Below, piece by piece: positions 1-9,336 of a DNA stretch of 54,487 bases. The position numbers were made by a program, and so were the translations under genes. Below the pieces are notes generated by a model, which was not told where the DNA came from, ran no database searches, and saw nothing but the letters and a program-made list of their open reading frames with translations. This DNA is from a virus (Duplodnaviria; Caudoviricetes), in IMG/VR virus record IMGVR_UViG_3300028588_000029, positions 1-54,487 of that record; one strand, 5' to 3'. Position 1 is the stretch's first letter; every line of letters starts with the position of its first letter.

Positions 1-126
1 TCGCCGGCCTGCAGGGCGGCAAGCACGTCTACGCCGGCACCGTCCCGGAGAAGGAGTGCAAGCGCCGGATCGCGGCCAACAAGGTCGCCCGCCGCTCGCG
101 CCGCATCAACCGCCAGCGGTAGATCG
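1..126 (+). repeat. Terminal direct repeat, copy 1 (probable circular-assembly overlap)
   Basis: Identical to 54358-54483; lies inside a small CDS. Confidence 0.9.
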
Positions 127-162
127 CCCCCCATCAACCTCCCCCCTGACCGAAGGAGCCCC

Positions 163-573
163 ATGAACATCCGCAAGCCCCTCACCGCCGCCGTCGCCGC
201 CCTCGCGCTGCTGACCGTCGGCGCCTGCTCGTCTGACGCCGACCGCGCCAGCCGCAACCTGTCCACGGCCGCCGAGAACTTCGAGATCGAGCGCCGCGTC
301 ATCTTCGTCAACGGCATCACCGACGAGTACATCCTCGAGATCACCGGCCGCTGCTCGGTCGAGACCGAGAACAGCGCCGCCGAGGGCTCCGTCGAGGTGA
401 CGTGCAAGATCGGGCCCGACGAGTACAAGAAGCACTACCTCGGCCTGTCGGACAACGTCACGTTCATGGTCGAGCAGCTCGACCCGATCGACGTCTCGCT
501 GTACAACTACCGCGTGATCTTCAAGCCGCAGAACCTCGTCCCGTCCATCGAGCTCTCCACCGGCGAGGAGTGA
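163..573 (+). CDS. Putative lipoprotein
   Basis: Basic N-terminus, hydrophobic stretch, lipobox-like VGAC; GAAGGAG RBS upstream. Confidence 0.75.
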   Translation: MNIRKPLTAAVAALALLTVGACSSDADRASRNLSTAAENFEIERRVIFVNGITDEYILEITGRCSVETENSAAEGSVEVTCKIGPDEYKKHYLGLSDNVTFMVEQLDPIDVSLYNYRVIFKPQNLVPSIELSTGEE

Positions 574-575
574 CC

Positions 576-1073
576 ATGACCGACTTCACGCCCATCGTGG
601 CGACCGCCGACTCGTACTACGACCGCGAGGAGGGCCTGACCGCTCTCCACGAGGAGAGCCGCAACGAGATCACCGAGCTCCTCATGGGCCACAAGGTCGA
701 GAAGGTCGACGGCGAGCACCTGCTGCTCGACAACGGCGTGCTCATCAAGGCCATCGGCCACCGTGGCGGCTGCGCCTGCTCGGCTGGCGACTACGACCTC
801 TCGGTGCTGAACGGCGTCGACAACATCGTCACGAAGGTCGAGTTCGACTACAGCCCGGCCGGCGACTACGACCGCGCGCCCAGCGACAACCCCCACCCGG
901 ACGACCCGGAGGACCTCTGGACCGGCTACTACCGGATCTTCGTCTACGCCGAGAACCAGCGGATCAACCTCATGCAGGTCGACGGCTCGGACGGCAACGG
1001 CTACTACGGCACGGGCTTCGAGCTGCTCGTCCGCCCGGCTCACGGCACCGCGCCGTCGGACGGGGGTGCCTGA
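576..1073 (+). CDS. Hypothetical protein
   Basis: ATG 576 just after previous stop; high-GC3 frame; GGCACSAG motif. Confidence 0.75.
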   Translation: MTDFTPIVATADSYYDREEGLTALHEESRNEITELLMGHKVEKVDGEHLLLDNGVLIKAIGHRGGCACSAGDYDLSVLNGVDNIVTKVEFDYSPAGDYDRAPSDNPHPDDPEDLWTGYYRIFVYAENQRINLMQVDGSDGNGYYGTGFELLVRPAHGTAPSDGGA

Positions 1074-1498
1074 TGGGCAAGATCGCAATGACCGTCCAGG
1101 ACGGTCCGAACACCTACAGCGGCACGATCGCGCGCATCGTGCGCACCTCGCTCGGCTTCAACGACCGGGGCATCTTCACCGCCAGCCTCGAGGTCGCCGA
1201 CGGCGCCGTGCATGTCGACCCGACGGGCGGCTACGTGCTCGACGAGCCGATCCTCGGCGCCAAGGGGGCCGACCGGCGCCGTCGGGGCACCCGCGTCGGC
1301 CACATGGTCATCTGCGAGATCCTGCGCGTCGCCGGGGTCGAGCGCTGGGAGGACCTCAAGGGCCGCGACCTGATCGTGCTGTACCGCGAGGACGACAGCG
1401 GGTGGGGCTCGCGCGCCCTCGGCATCGCCGCGCTGGACGGCGAGACGGTGCTGGTCATGGAGGACTTCATCAAGGCTCTGCTCGAGGACCAGAAGTGA
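1073..1498 (+). CDS. Hypothetical protein
   Basis: TGATG coupling with upstream gene; coding-like codon usage. Confidence 0.75.
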   Translation: MGKIAMTVQDGPNTYSGTIARIVRTSLGFNDRGIFTASLEVADGAVHVDPTGGYVLDEPILGAKGADRRRRGTRVGHMVICEILRVAGVERWEDLKGRDLIVLYREDDSGWGSRALGIAALDGETVLVMEDFIKALLEDQK

Positions 1499-2172
1499 GC
1501 GCCGCCGAGAACTCCAGCGCCATCGACTTCGTCCCCGGCCTCGCCGAGGTGAAGAGCCCGGCCATGCGAAAGGTCGAGGACACCGCGCGCGACCTGCTGG
1601 CGGCGAATGCCGAGCTCCAGCGCCAGGTCGCCGCCGGGAAGCGGAATCGCGCCGTGCAGCGCCTCGAGATCGAGGACCTGACCGCCGAGCGCGACGCCGC
1701 GCGAGCCGATCTCGCCACCGAGCAGGCCGACCTCGGCGAGCAGCTCGCTCAGGCCCGCGCCGACGCGCTCAACGCCGCCGCCGACCGCGACACCTTCCTG
1801 CAGCAGCGCGACTTCGCGATCCGCCAGCTCGACCGCGTCTGCAACGAGCGGGACGCCGCGAAGGCTCGCGTGGTCCACTGGAGCGGTCGCGAGAAGGCCG
1901 CGCGCAGCCAGCTCGACAACCTCCGGGGCGAGATCGAGGCCCGCGAGCGCGGGAACCGGAAGTGGCGCGAGGCGGCCTACGGCGCCCAGGCCGAGGTCGA
2001 CCGCCTGGAGGAGGCCCTGGCCGACCAGCACGAGCGCGCGAGCGCCGTCGTGGCCGCCTGGACCGAGGAGGGCCCCGTCGCCCGCATCCACCGCCGTTGG
2101 AAGCAGCGCGTGCGCGGCGGCTGGCCGGCCCTCGGCCGCGCGCTCGACCGCCTCGCGACCGAGGTGCGCTGA
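1495..2172 (+). CDS. Hypothetical coiled-coil protein
   Basis: GTGA overlap; A/E/R/L-rich heptad-like sequence. Confidence 0.7.
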   Translation: MSAAENSSAIDFVPGLAEVKSPAMRKVEDTARDLLAANAELQRQVAAGKRNRAVQRLEIEDLTAERDAARADLATEQADLGEQLAQARADALNAAADRDTFLQQRDFAIRQLDRVCNERDAAKARVVHWSGREKAARSQLDNLRGEIEARERGNRKWREAAYGAQAEVDRLEEALADQHERASAVVAAWTEEGPVARIHRRWKQRVRGGWPALGRALDRLATEVR

Positions 2173-2684
2173 TGGTTGCCGGCCCCATCACGATGCTCGA
2201 GGAGGAGGTCGCCGAGGCCCGCAGCTACCTCGAGGCGTGTGACCGCGAGATCGCGGCCATCGAGCGGACCCTGGAAGCCCAGCAGGCCAACCGCGAGAAG
2301 GCGGCCTCCCATCTCGAGCGGCACGAGGTCGCCCTGCACGCCGTGAAGGCGGCGCTGGGCGACACCCCGGAGCCTGGCCTGCAGGGTGACGGCGAGAAGC
2401 TGGCGTCGAAGGGCGACGAGCCGTTCACGCCGGAGGAGATCGAGAGACTGCACAACGACCCCGACTTCCGGCCCGACTTCCGGCCCGTGAACGCCTATCC
2501 GCAGTGGTCGGAGATGATCGACCGGCAGCGGGCCGAGGTTGAGCGGGCGGTGCTGGCTCAGGTCCCAGCCCGGAAGGGCGCGCTCATGCGCAGCATCGAG
2601 CGCATCCCCGGCTGGGCCGACCAGCCGATGGACACCCGTCCCAGGGGCTCTGACCGGCCGCTCTACGACTCCTCCGACCTGTGA
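2172..2684 (+). CDS. Hypothetical protein (N-terminal coiled coil)
   Basis: TGATG coupling; starts MVAGPITM. Confidence 0.65.
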   Translation: MVAGPITMLEEEVAEARSYLEACDREIAAIERTLEAQQANREKAASHLERHEVALHAVKAALGDTPEPGLQGDGEKLASKGDEPFTPEEIERLHNDPDFRPDFRPVNAYPQWSEMIDRQRAEVERAVLAQVPARKGALMRSIERIPGWADQPMDTRPRGSDRPLYDSSDL

Positions 2685-3118
2685 CCAGGCACGGCACGAA
2701 TCGCTGCTACAACGAGGGCTGCAGGCGGCCGGAGTGCATCCACGCCCACGGCGTCGCGACGCAGCAGTGGCACCTCCGCGCCGCAGCGAATGGCGGGTCC
2801 TCCATGGTCCCCGCCTGGCGGGTCCACCGCCGCATCGAGGCCCTGGTCGCGATCGGCTACAGCGCGCAGCAGATCGCGGACGAGATGGGCTGCTCGGTGC
2901 ACCGCGTCAAGTCGCTGCGCCGGAAGAGCCCGAAGAGCGTGCTGCTGAGCACCTTCCGGTCGGTCGACGCGGCCTACCGGCGCCTGGAGCACACCCCGGG
3001 GCCCTCGGACTGGCTGCGGACGTGGGCGAAGAACCGCTCATGGCCGCCGCCGGCCGCCTGGGAGAACATCGACGACGAGAACGAGAACGCCGCGAAGGCG
3101 ATCAGGAAGGAGGCGTGA
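2681..3118 (+). CDS. Putative DNA-binding protein (His/Cys N-terminus plus HTH-like segment)
   Basis: HGTNRCYNEGCRRPEC motif; GYSAQQIADEMGCSVHRV resembles an HTH. Confidence 0.6.
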   Translation: MTRHGTNRCYNEGCRRPECIHAHGVATQQWHLRAAANGGSSMVPAWRVHRRIEALVAIGYSAQQIADEMGCSVHRVKSLRRKSPKSVLLSTFRSVDAAYRRLEHTPGPSDWLRTWAKNRSWPPPAAWENIDDENENAAKAIRKEA

Positions 3119-4830
3119 TGGACGTCCTCAGCACCGCGCTCCAGCACCTCGGCTACGCCGAGCGCCCCCAGCAGCGCCGGCTCTACGAGGCGCTGCTGGC
3201 CAACGACGAGCTCGTGGCGCAGGCGGGCACCGGCGTCGGGAAGTCGATCGCCATCCTCTCGGCGGCGTTCCAGCGGTCGATCATCGAGAAGCCGTCGCTC
3301 GTCGTCGTCCCGACGAACGTGCTGATGGATCAGTACGCACTCAAGGACGGCCCGGCCTTCGCCGAGGCCACCGGCGCCGTCGTGCGCACGCTCAAGGGCC
3401 GGGGGAACTACCTCTGCCCGTACGGCTCCGGCTGGATGGGCCCGGACGTCTCCGACGACCTCAAGGCGCGACTGGCCAGCCTCGACGTCCAGGAGGTCGG
3501 CCCGGACGAGGCGGACTTCGGCTGCCCGGGCTCGCGGATCTGCAAGGGCGCGAAGGACTCCAGCCACTGCCACTACGTCCACGCGCGGGACCTGCTGGCC
3601 GGCGCCGACGTCATCATCACCAACGCCAACCTGCTGGTGATCGAGTCGAGCTTCATCCAGATGCGCAAGGCCGCCGCCGAGGCGGCGCTGCTCGAGGAGG
3701 ACGACGGCGACGACGACCAGCCGGCAGGCGAGGGCCCGCGCATCTTCCCCGACTTCGGCATGGTGTTCGTCGACGAGGCCCACACCCTCGAGGCCGTCGT
3801 GCGCGAGTCCGTCGGCGTGACGATCGGGCTGCGCACCGTCGTCTCGATGGAGGAGGCCGGGGAGGGGATGGCCGCCTACCTGCGCCAGTGGCGCGGCGAG
3901 GACCCCGTGCGCACGTACCCCAACGCCGCGCTCGCCCAGGCGCTGCACGGCCTGCGCCGTTGGAAGATCCCGGAGAACCCCCAGGGCCACAAGCGCCGGA
4001 TCGAGGTGAAGGAGGCCGCCGAGAAGCTCTACACGCTCGGCTCGAACGGCGCCTTCACCAACTCGGCCGCCGTGATGTGGGTCGAGCCGGGCGAGCGCGC
4101 GGTGCTCAAGGCGATGCCGGTCTCGGTGGCACTGACCGCCGGTTCGATGCTGACGAATGGCCCCTTCGCCCTCGTCTCGGCCACCGTGCCCTCGACGATG
4201 GCGGGCAGTCTCGGCGTGGCGCACGCACCGTTCCTGGACGTCGGGCACCCGTTCGACTACCGGCGTCAGGCCGCCCTCGCGATCTCCGGCTACGCGGGCA
4301 CCTACACCGCCGCCCAGACGAACACCGGCACGCGCGCGGACGAGCTCTGCGAGCGGATCCTGGCTCACGGCGGCGGCGCGCTGGCGCTGTTCACCAGTTA
4401 CCGCGACCTCGACGCCGTGCACCGGCGGCTCGCGCCGCGCCTGCGCAAGGCCGGGCTGACCGTGCTGCGCCAGGAGCGCGACAGCATGAAGCGCGAGCTG
4501 GGAGAGCGGTTCAAGGCCGACGGCAACGCCGTGCTGTTCGCGACGCGCTCCTTCGCCACGGGCTTCGACGCCCCCGGCGACGCGCTGCGCTTCGTCGCGA
4601 TCTGGAAGCTGCCGTTCCCCGGCCAGAGCCCGCTCGTCTCCGCGATCCGCGACCGCTCCTGGGCGGCCTACGAGGACATGATGCTGGTGGAGATGACGCA
4701 GGCCGCCGGCCGCTTGATCCGCACCGACCAGGACCAGGGGGAGGTCTGGATCGGGGACAATCGAGCCCACCGCTACGTCAGTCGCTCCGACCCGATGCTC
4801 TTCCACTTCCGCGACTTCCGTCGCATCTAG
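3118..4830 (+). CDS. dinG: DinG/XPD-family SF2 helicase
   Basis: Walker A AGTGVGKS, DEAH, SAT, LFTSY, QAAGRLIR; four Cys between motifs I and II consistent with an Fe-S cluster. Confidence 0.88.
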   Translation: MDVLSTALQHLGYAERPQQRRLYEALLANDELVAQAGTGVGKSIAILSAAFQRSIIEKPSLVVVPTNVLMDQYALKDGPAFAEATGAVVRTLKGRGNYLCPYGSGWMGPDVSDDLKARLASLDVQEVGPDEADFGCPGSRICKGAKDSSHCHYVHARDLLAGADVIITNANLLVIESSFIQMRKAAAEAALLEEDDGDDDQPAGEGPRIFPDFGMVFVDEAHTLEAVVRESVGVTIGLRTVVSMEEAGEGMAAYLRQWRGEDPVRTYPNAALAQALHGLRRWKIPENPQGHKRRIEVKEAAEKLYTLGSNGAFTNSAAVMWVEPGERAVLKAMPVSVALTAGSMLTNGPFALVSATVPSTMAGSLGVAHAPFLDVGHPFDYRRQAALAISGYAGTYTAAQTNTGTRADELCERILAHGGGALALFTSYRDLDAVHRRLAPRLRKAGLTVLRQERDSMKRELGERFKADGNAVLFATRSFATGFDAPGDALRFVAIWKLPFPGQSPLVSAIRDRSWAAYEDMMLVEMTQAAGRLIRTDQDQGEVWIGDNRAHRYVSRSDPMLFHFRDFRRI

Positions 4831-4942
4831 GCTCCCCGCCGGGGCCGGCGATTCACTCCCCATGTGGGTCCGATACCGCGCCCAGAGCCCCGGCGGGGCT
4901 ACCATCTCGTCAAGATCGCCTCTACCGGATAGGATCACCGCC

Positions 4943-5329
4943 ATGACGTACTCCACCAGCCCTTACGACCACGCCCACATGCTCGAGCGCCACGGCCGCC
5001 GCATCGGCGAGCTGGAGGGCGTCATCGAGGCGCAGGGCAACCTCATCCAGCTCCTGGTCGACCAGCAGTTCCCCGACGGCCTGCCCGACCCGCAGGAGGT
5101 CGAGGACGCTCCCGAGGGGCCGTCCGAGGCCAACGGCGAGATCCGGGGCGAGATGACCGAGCCCGTCGAGCCCGTGGACCCGCCCGCCGAGTTCGACCCG
5201 TCCGAGCACACCGCTGAGGAGGTCATCGCCTACCTCACCGGCCTGGGCCCCGACGGCAAGACCGAGGGCGAGCGCGTGCTGGCCCTCGAGAAGGCCGGCA
5301 AGAACCGCTCCACGATCGTCGGCAAGTAG
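4943..5329 (+). CDS. Hypothetical acidic protein upstream of terminase
   Basis: ATG 4943 preceded by -10-like TAGGAT; C-terminal helical motif FDPSEHTAEEVIAYL...KNRSTIV. Confidence 0.65.
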   Translation: MTYSTSPYDHAHMLERHGRRIGELEGVIEAQGNLIQLLVDQQFPDGLPDPQEVEDAPEGPSEANGEIRGEMTEPVEPVDPPAEFDPSEHTAEEVIAYLTGLGPDGKTEGERVLALEKAGKNRSTIVGK

Positions 5330-5340
5330 ACTCGACGACG

Positions 5341-5372
5341 CGGCCCCGTCCTCCTCACGGGGGGCGGGGCCG
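5341..5372 (+). terminator. GC-rich stem-loop (terminator or processing hairpin)
   Basis: CGGCCCCG...CGGGGCCG inverted repeat after stop; no U-tract. Confidence 0.45.
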
Positions 5373-5421
5373 TCCCCGTACCAGCACGAGCGGCCGAGAT
5401 GGCCGGAGATAGGAGCCCGAG

Positions 5422-5934
5422 ATGGGCGAGCGAGGACCAGCCGGCAAGCCCCCGAACGCGCGCGCCGGCCACCGGACGAAGGCCGAGGACGAGGAGTGGG
5501 TCATCGTGCCCAGCGTCAACGGCAACGCGCCGATGCCGCCGGCAGAGGACGACTGGCACCCTCGCGCGAAGGCCTGGTACGAGTCCCTGGACAAGTCGGG
5601 CCAGCGCTACTTCTTCGTCCCCTCGGACTGGACGACGGCGGCGATCCTCTGCGAGAACGTGAGCCGCGAGCTCAAGCCGCAGCCGATCCTCGTGACGATC
5701 GGGCCCGACATGCAGGAGATCCAGTGGGTCTACAAGCCCATGTCCGGCCCCGCGCTCAACGCCTTCCTCAAGGGCTGCACCCAGCTGCTCGCCACGATCG
5801 GTGACCGACGTCGCGCGCAGATGGAGCTCCAGAAGCCCCCCGGCGACGATGCGGCGCAGATCCCCGACGACATCAGCGGCCTCCTGGCGCAGCTGGACGG
5901 CGGCGGCGCCCCGCCCGCACCGGTGGAGAAGTGA
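5422..5934 (+). CDS. terS: Terminase small subunit (actinophage type)
   Basis: DWHPRAKAWYESLDKSGQ...PSDW motif and TIGDRRRAQMEL; directly upstream of TerL. Confidence 0.8.
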   Translation: MGERGPAGKPPNARAGHRTKAEDEEWVIVPSVNGNAPMPPAEDDWHPRAKAWYESLDKSGQRYFFVPSDWTTAAILCENVSRELKPQPILVTIGPDMQEIQWVYKPMSGPALNAFLKGCTQLLATIGDRRRAQMELQKPPGDDAAQIPDDISGLLAQLDGGGAPPAPVEK

Positions 5935-7892
5935 CCACGCCCGTCGCCGTCGACCCCGTGGCAGCGGCGGCGGAGGCCGCCACCGTCATGCGGGCCGACG
6001 AGGACAAGATCCTCCGCGCCTCCCCCCACGAGCACGAGGTCGAGGACGGGCGCCCCCCGGCGATGGAGCGCTACTCCGAGGTCTGCCACGCCAGCTACTG
6101 CGACTTCTGTGACGAGTGGCTGGAGGGCACCCCGTACGTCGTGCCGCAGTATCTCGGCCCGACCTGGCACCGGGGCCCGGACGGCCGTTTCGTCATGCCG
6201 CAGAACTCGCTCGGCCCCATGGCCATCCTCTGGATGTACACCTGGCTGCAGCTCGCCGGCAGCCCGTTCATCCCGACCTACGAGCAGGCGCGGTTCATCT
6301 GCTGGATGTACGCCGTCGACCACCGTGGCCGCTTCATCTACCGCGACATCACGCTGCAGCGCCTCAAGGGCTGGGGCAAGGACCCGCTTGCCGCCGCGCT
6401 GTGCCTGTTCGAGCTGCTCGGCCCGTGCCGGTTCGACCGCTGGGCCGTGGAGGCCGACGTGAAGAGGGGGCTGGCCACGCGCGTCGGCGCCCCGATCGGC
6501 CGCGAGGAGACCGACGCCTGGGTCCAGGTGTTCGGCGTCGCGGAGGCCGGCACGGTCAACACCATGGGGATGCTGCCCCAGCTCATCACGGACAAGCTCA
6601 AGGCGAAGGCCTCGCTCGACGTCAACAAGTCGATCATCTACGCCTACGGCGCGCGCCGTCGCCTCGAGGCCGTGAGCTCGAACTGGCAGACGCGCGAGGG
6701 CAACCGGCCGACGTTCCAGATCGGCGGCGAGCCGCACCACTGGAACGCGGCGAACGCCGGGCACGACCTCGCGGGCGTGATGGTCCGCAACTCGACGAAG
6801 ATCAAGGGCGGCCAGTCGCGAATCCTCTGGATCACGAACGCCTACGACTCCAGCAGGGAGAGCGTCGGCAAGGCCGCGCGCGACGCCTACGACGACGTGC
6901 TGGCGGGCGCGGCGGACTCCGGCATCATGTACGACTCCCTGGAGGCTCCGCCGTCGGCGCGGCTCATCGAGCGCGAGATCCCCGTGGTCCTCGAGTCCGT
7001 GCGCGGCGATGCGACATGGCTCGACATCGAGACTATCACCAAGACGATCCTGGACGGCCGCACCACGCCGAACGAGTCGCGCCGGTTCTACTACAACCAG
7101 ATCGTCGCCGACGAGGAGGGCTACTTCCGCCCGAAGGACATCGAGGCGACCCGGCACCCGACCGTCAAGGCGTGGCGCACCGACCCCGACGTCGAGCTGG
7201 ACCTCGCCCGGCTGGGCTGGCCGATCGTGGACCCGCGCGACGAGATCGTGGTGTTCTTCGACGGCGGCAAGAGCGGCGACTCCACGGCCATCTCCGGCTG
7301 CCGCCTCTCCGACGGCTACACCTTCGTGATCGGCCACTGGCGCAGGCCCCCGAAGCGCGAGACCGAGAAGGAGGACGAGCGCTGGAACGCGCCGCGCCAC
7401 GAGGTCGACCACCGGATGCGCGAGGCCAAGAGGCGCTTCAACGTCGTGGCCATCTACGCCGACCCCTCGCACGCGAAGGACGACGAGGGCGACGCCCCGT
7501 ACTGGATGCCGATCATCAACGGCTGGCACCGCGACTGGAAGGACGAGCTCGAGCAGACCGTCTGGCCCGTCAAGACGGGCAAGAACGTCCACAGCGTGCT
7601 GTTCGACATGGCGATCGACAGCAACCAGGCGATCTTCGTGCCGGCGGCCAAGCTGTTCGCCCAGGCGATCACCGAGCACGAGATCCAGCACGACGGCCAC
7701 CCCATGGCCGAGAACAACATGCGCAACGCCCGGCAGGGCTCGAGCAAGCACGGCATGACCATGGTGAAGCGCAACCGGAAGTCGCCGTACAAGATCGACC
7801 AGGCCATCACCCACGCCGGCGCCTACATGCTCCGCGACCTCGTGCTGAACGCGCGCGTCGAGGCTCCCCCTGGCAGCGGTGAGCTGTGGTGA
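5931..7892 (+). CDS. terL: Terminase large subunit
   Basis: Walker A-like QRLKGWGKD, EGNRPTF, nuclease FDGGKSGDSTA and KIDQA; position before portal. Confidence 0.93.
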   Translation: MTTPVAVDPVAAAAEAATVMRADEDKILRASPHEHEVEDGRPPAMERYSEVCHASYCDFCDEWLEGTPYVVPQYLGPTWHRGPDGRFVMPQNSLGPMAILWMYTWLQLAGSPFIPTYEQARFICWMYAVDHRGRFIYRDITLQRLKGWGKDPLAAALCLFELLGPCRFDRWAVEADVKRGLATRVGAPIGREETDAWVQVFGVAEAGTVNTMGMLPQLITDKLKAKASLDVNKSIIYAYGARRRLEAVSSNWQTREGNRPTFQIGGEPHHWNAANAGHDLAGVMVRNSTKIKGGQSRILWITNAYDSSRESVGKAARDAYDDVLAGAADSGIMYDSLEAPPSARLIEREIPVVLESVRGDATWLDIETITKTILDGRTTPNESRRFYYNQIVADEEGYFRPKDIEATRHPTVKAWRTDPDVELDLARLGWPIVDPRDEIVVFFDGGKSGDSTAISGCRLSDGYTFVIGHWRRPPKRETEKEDERWNAPRHEVDHRMREAKRRFNVVAIYADPSHAKDDEGDAPYWMPIINGWHRDWKDELEQTVWPVKTGKNVHSVLFDMAIDSNQAIFVPAAKLFAQAITEHEIQHDGHPMAENNMRNARQGSSKHGMTMVKRNRKSPYKIDQAITHAGAYMLRDLVLNARVEAPPGSGELW

Positions 7893-7926
7893 CGGTACGA
7901 TGCGGCGAGACCCTGGGAGGGCGAGG

Positions 7927-9336
7927 ATGAAGAACAGGAAGGCAGCCGAGGTTGCGAAGGATCTCTTCGACGACTGGAAGGCCACCACCGAGAAGCACCG
8001 CAAGCTCGACATCTACGCCACCGGCGGGCGCTCGGACGAGCTCTTCATGCCCTCGGAGTCGCGCGACGAGCACGCCCAGCTGAACCACATGTCCAACGGC
8101 GGCTACGGCGAGTCCGTGGTCACCGCCGTCTCCCAGCAGCAGTACGTCGAGACGCACCGCCGCGCCACCGACGAGTCGGCCAGCGAGGTGTTCAAGCGCT
8201 CGTGGAACCCCAACGGCATGGCGGCCCGCCAGCTCGCGATCCACCGAGGCGCCAACGCCACGGGGCAGTCGTTCTGCTCCACGCTCCCTGGTCGCGTCCC
8301 CGGGACCGACCTGCGGATGCCGATCATGCGCGGCCACTCGTCCACGAAGATGGTCGTGTTCTACGACCGTCACGACGACGAGTTCGGCACCTGGGCGATG
8401 GAGGGTGAGCGCAAGCGCCGGGCGAACGGCGAGGCGTTCTTCTCCTTCCGCCTCATGGACGACGAGAAGGTCTGGCAGATCTCCACGCAGGATCTCAGCG
8501 CGAGCGGGAAGTGGGTGGTCGACGGCGTCGAGATGATCCACGACGTCGGCGTGCTCCCCGTGCACCGCTTCGTCCCGCGCCTGGACCTCGAGGGTCGCAC
8601 CGTCGGCGAGATCGAGCGCATCATCCCGACGCTGCGCCGCCTCGACCAGGACATCCTCGACCGCATGATCGTCCAGCGCTTCGGCGCCTGGCGGATCAAG
8701 TACGCCACGGGCCTGGCGAAGCCCAAGACGGCGGCCGAGCGCAAGGCCGCGAAGATGATGCTCTCCCTCGAGCACCTCCTCATCTCGGAGAAGTCGGACA
8801 GCAAGTTCGGCACGCTGGAGCCCTCGCCGCTGGACGGCTACATCAAGGCCCGCGAGGCCGACGAGCGTGTGCTCTCGGTCCAGACGCAGATCCCGGCCTA
8901 CCAGCTCTCCGGCACCGTCGACAACGTCTCGGCCGAGGGCCTGGACATGATGCAGGCCGGGCTCAAGCAGCACGCCGAGGAGATCCGCACGTCGTTCGGC
9001 CAGACGTGGGACCAGATCATGCGCACCAACGCCTACATGCTCGAGGGCATGTACCCCGGCAAGGGCTTCCTCGACCTCGCGCTGGACTACGAGACGACGA
9101 CGATCTGGCGCGACACCGAGATCCGCTCGCTCGAGCACGCTGCGAACGCGCTCGGCAAGCTCTCCACCGACCTGGGCATCCCGCCGATGGTCCTGCTGCG
9201 CCGCATCCCCGGCTGGACGGCCGCCGACCAGGCGCTGACCGAGTCGCTCGCGGGCGAGGCCGGCATCCTCGACGAGCTGCGCGGCGTGCTCGCCCCGCTC
9301 GATCAGCAGGGGGCCACGGGTGCCAACGCCGCTTGA
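7927..9336 (+). CDS. Portal protein (SPP1 Gp6-like)
   Basis: About 470 aa after TerL; GEIERIIP, NVSAEGL, WRDTEIRSL, RIPGWT motifs. Confidence 0.88.
   Translation: MKNRKAAEVAKDLFDDWKATTEKHRKLDIYATGGRSDELFMPSESRDEHAQLNHMSNGGYGESVVTAVSQQQYVETHRRATDESASEVFKRSWNPNGMAARQLAIHRGANATGQSFCSTLPGRVPGTDLRMPIMRGHSSTKMVVFYDRHDDEFGTWAMEGERKRRANGEAFFSFRLMDDEKVWQISTQDLSASGKWVVDGVEMIHDVGVLPVHRFVPRLDLEGRTVGEIERIIPTLRRLDQDILDRMIVQRFGAWRIKYATGLAKPKTAAERKAAKMMLSLEHLLISEKSDSKFGTLEPSPLDGYIKAREADERVLSVQTQIPAYQLSGTVDNVSAEGLDMMQAGLKQHAEEIRTSFGQTWDQIMRTNAYMLEGMYPGKGFLDLALDYETTTIWRDTEIRSLEHAANALGKLSTDLGIPPMVLLRRIPGWTAADQALTESLAGEAGILDELRGVLAPLDQQGATGANAA

Noticed and set aside
2460-2486. Tandem CCCGACTTCCGG duplication
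   Set aside because: In-frame 12-bp duplication (PDFR twice) inside a CDS; no sign of a separate function
3118-4830. DinG plus a Cas4-like nuclease as a type IV CRISPR system
   Set aside because: No repeat-spacer array or Cas5/6/7-like genes seen; the nuclease at 34177-35175 is distant and lacks the Cas4 four-Cys pattern
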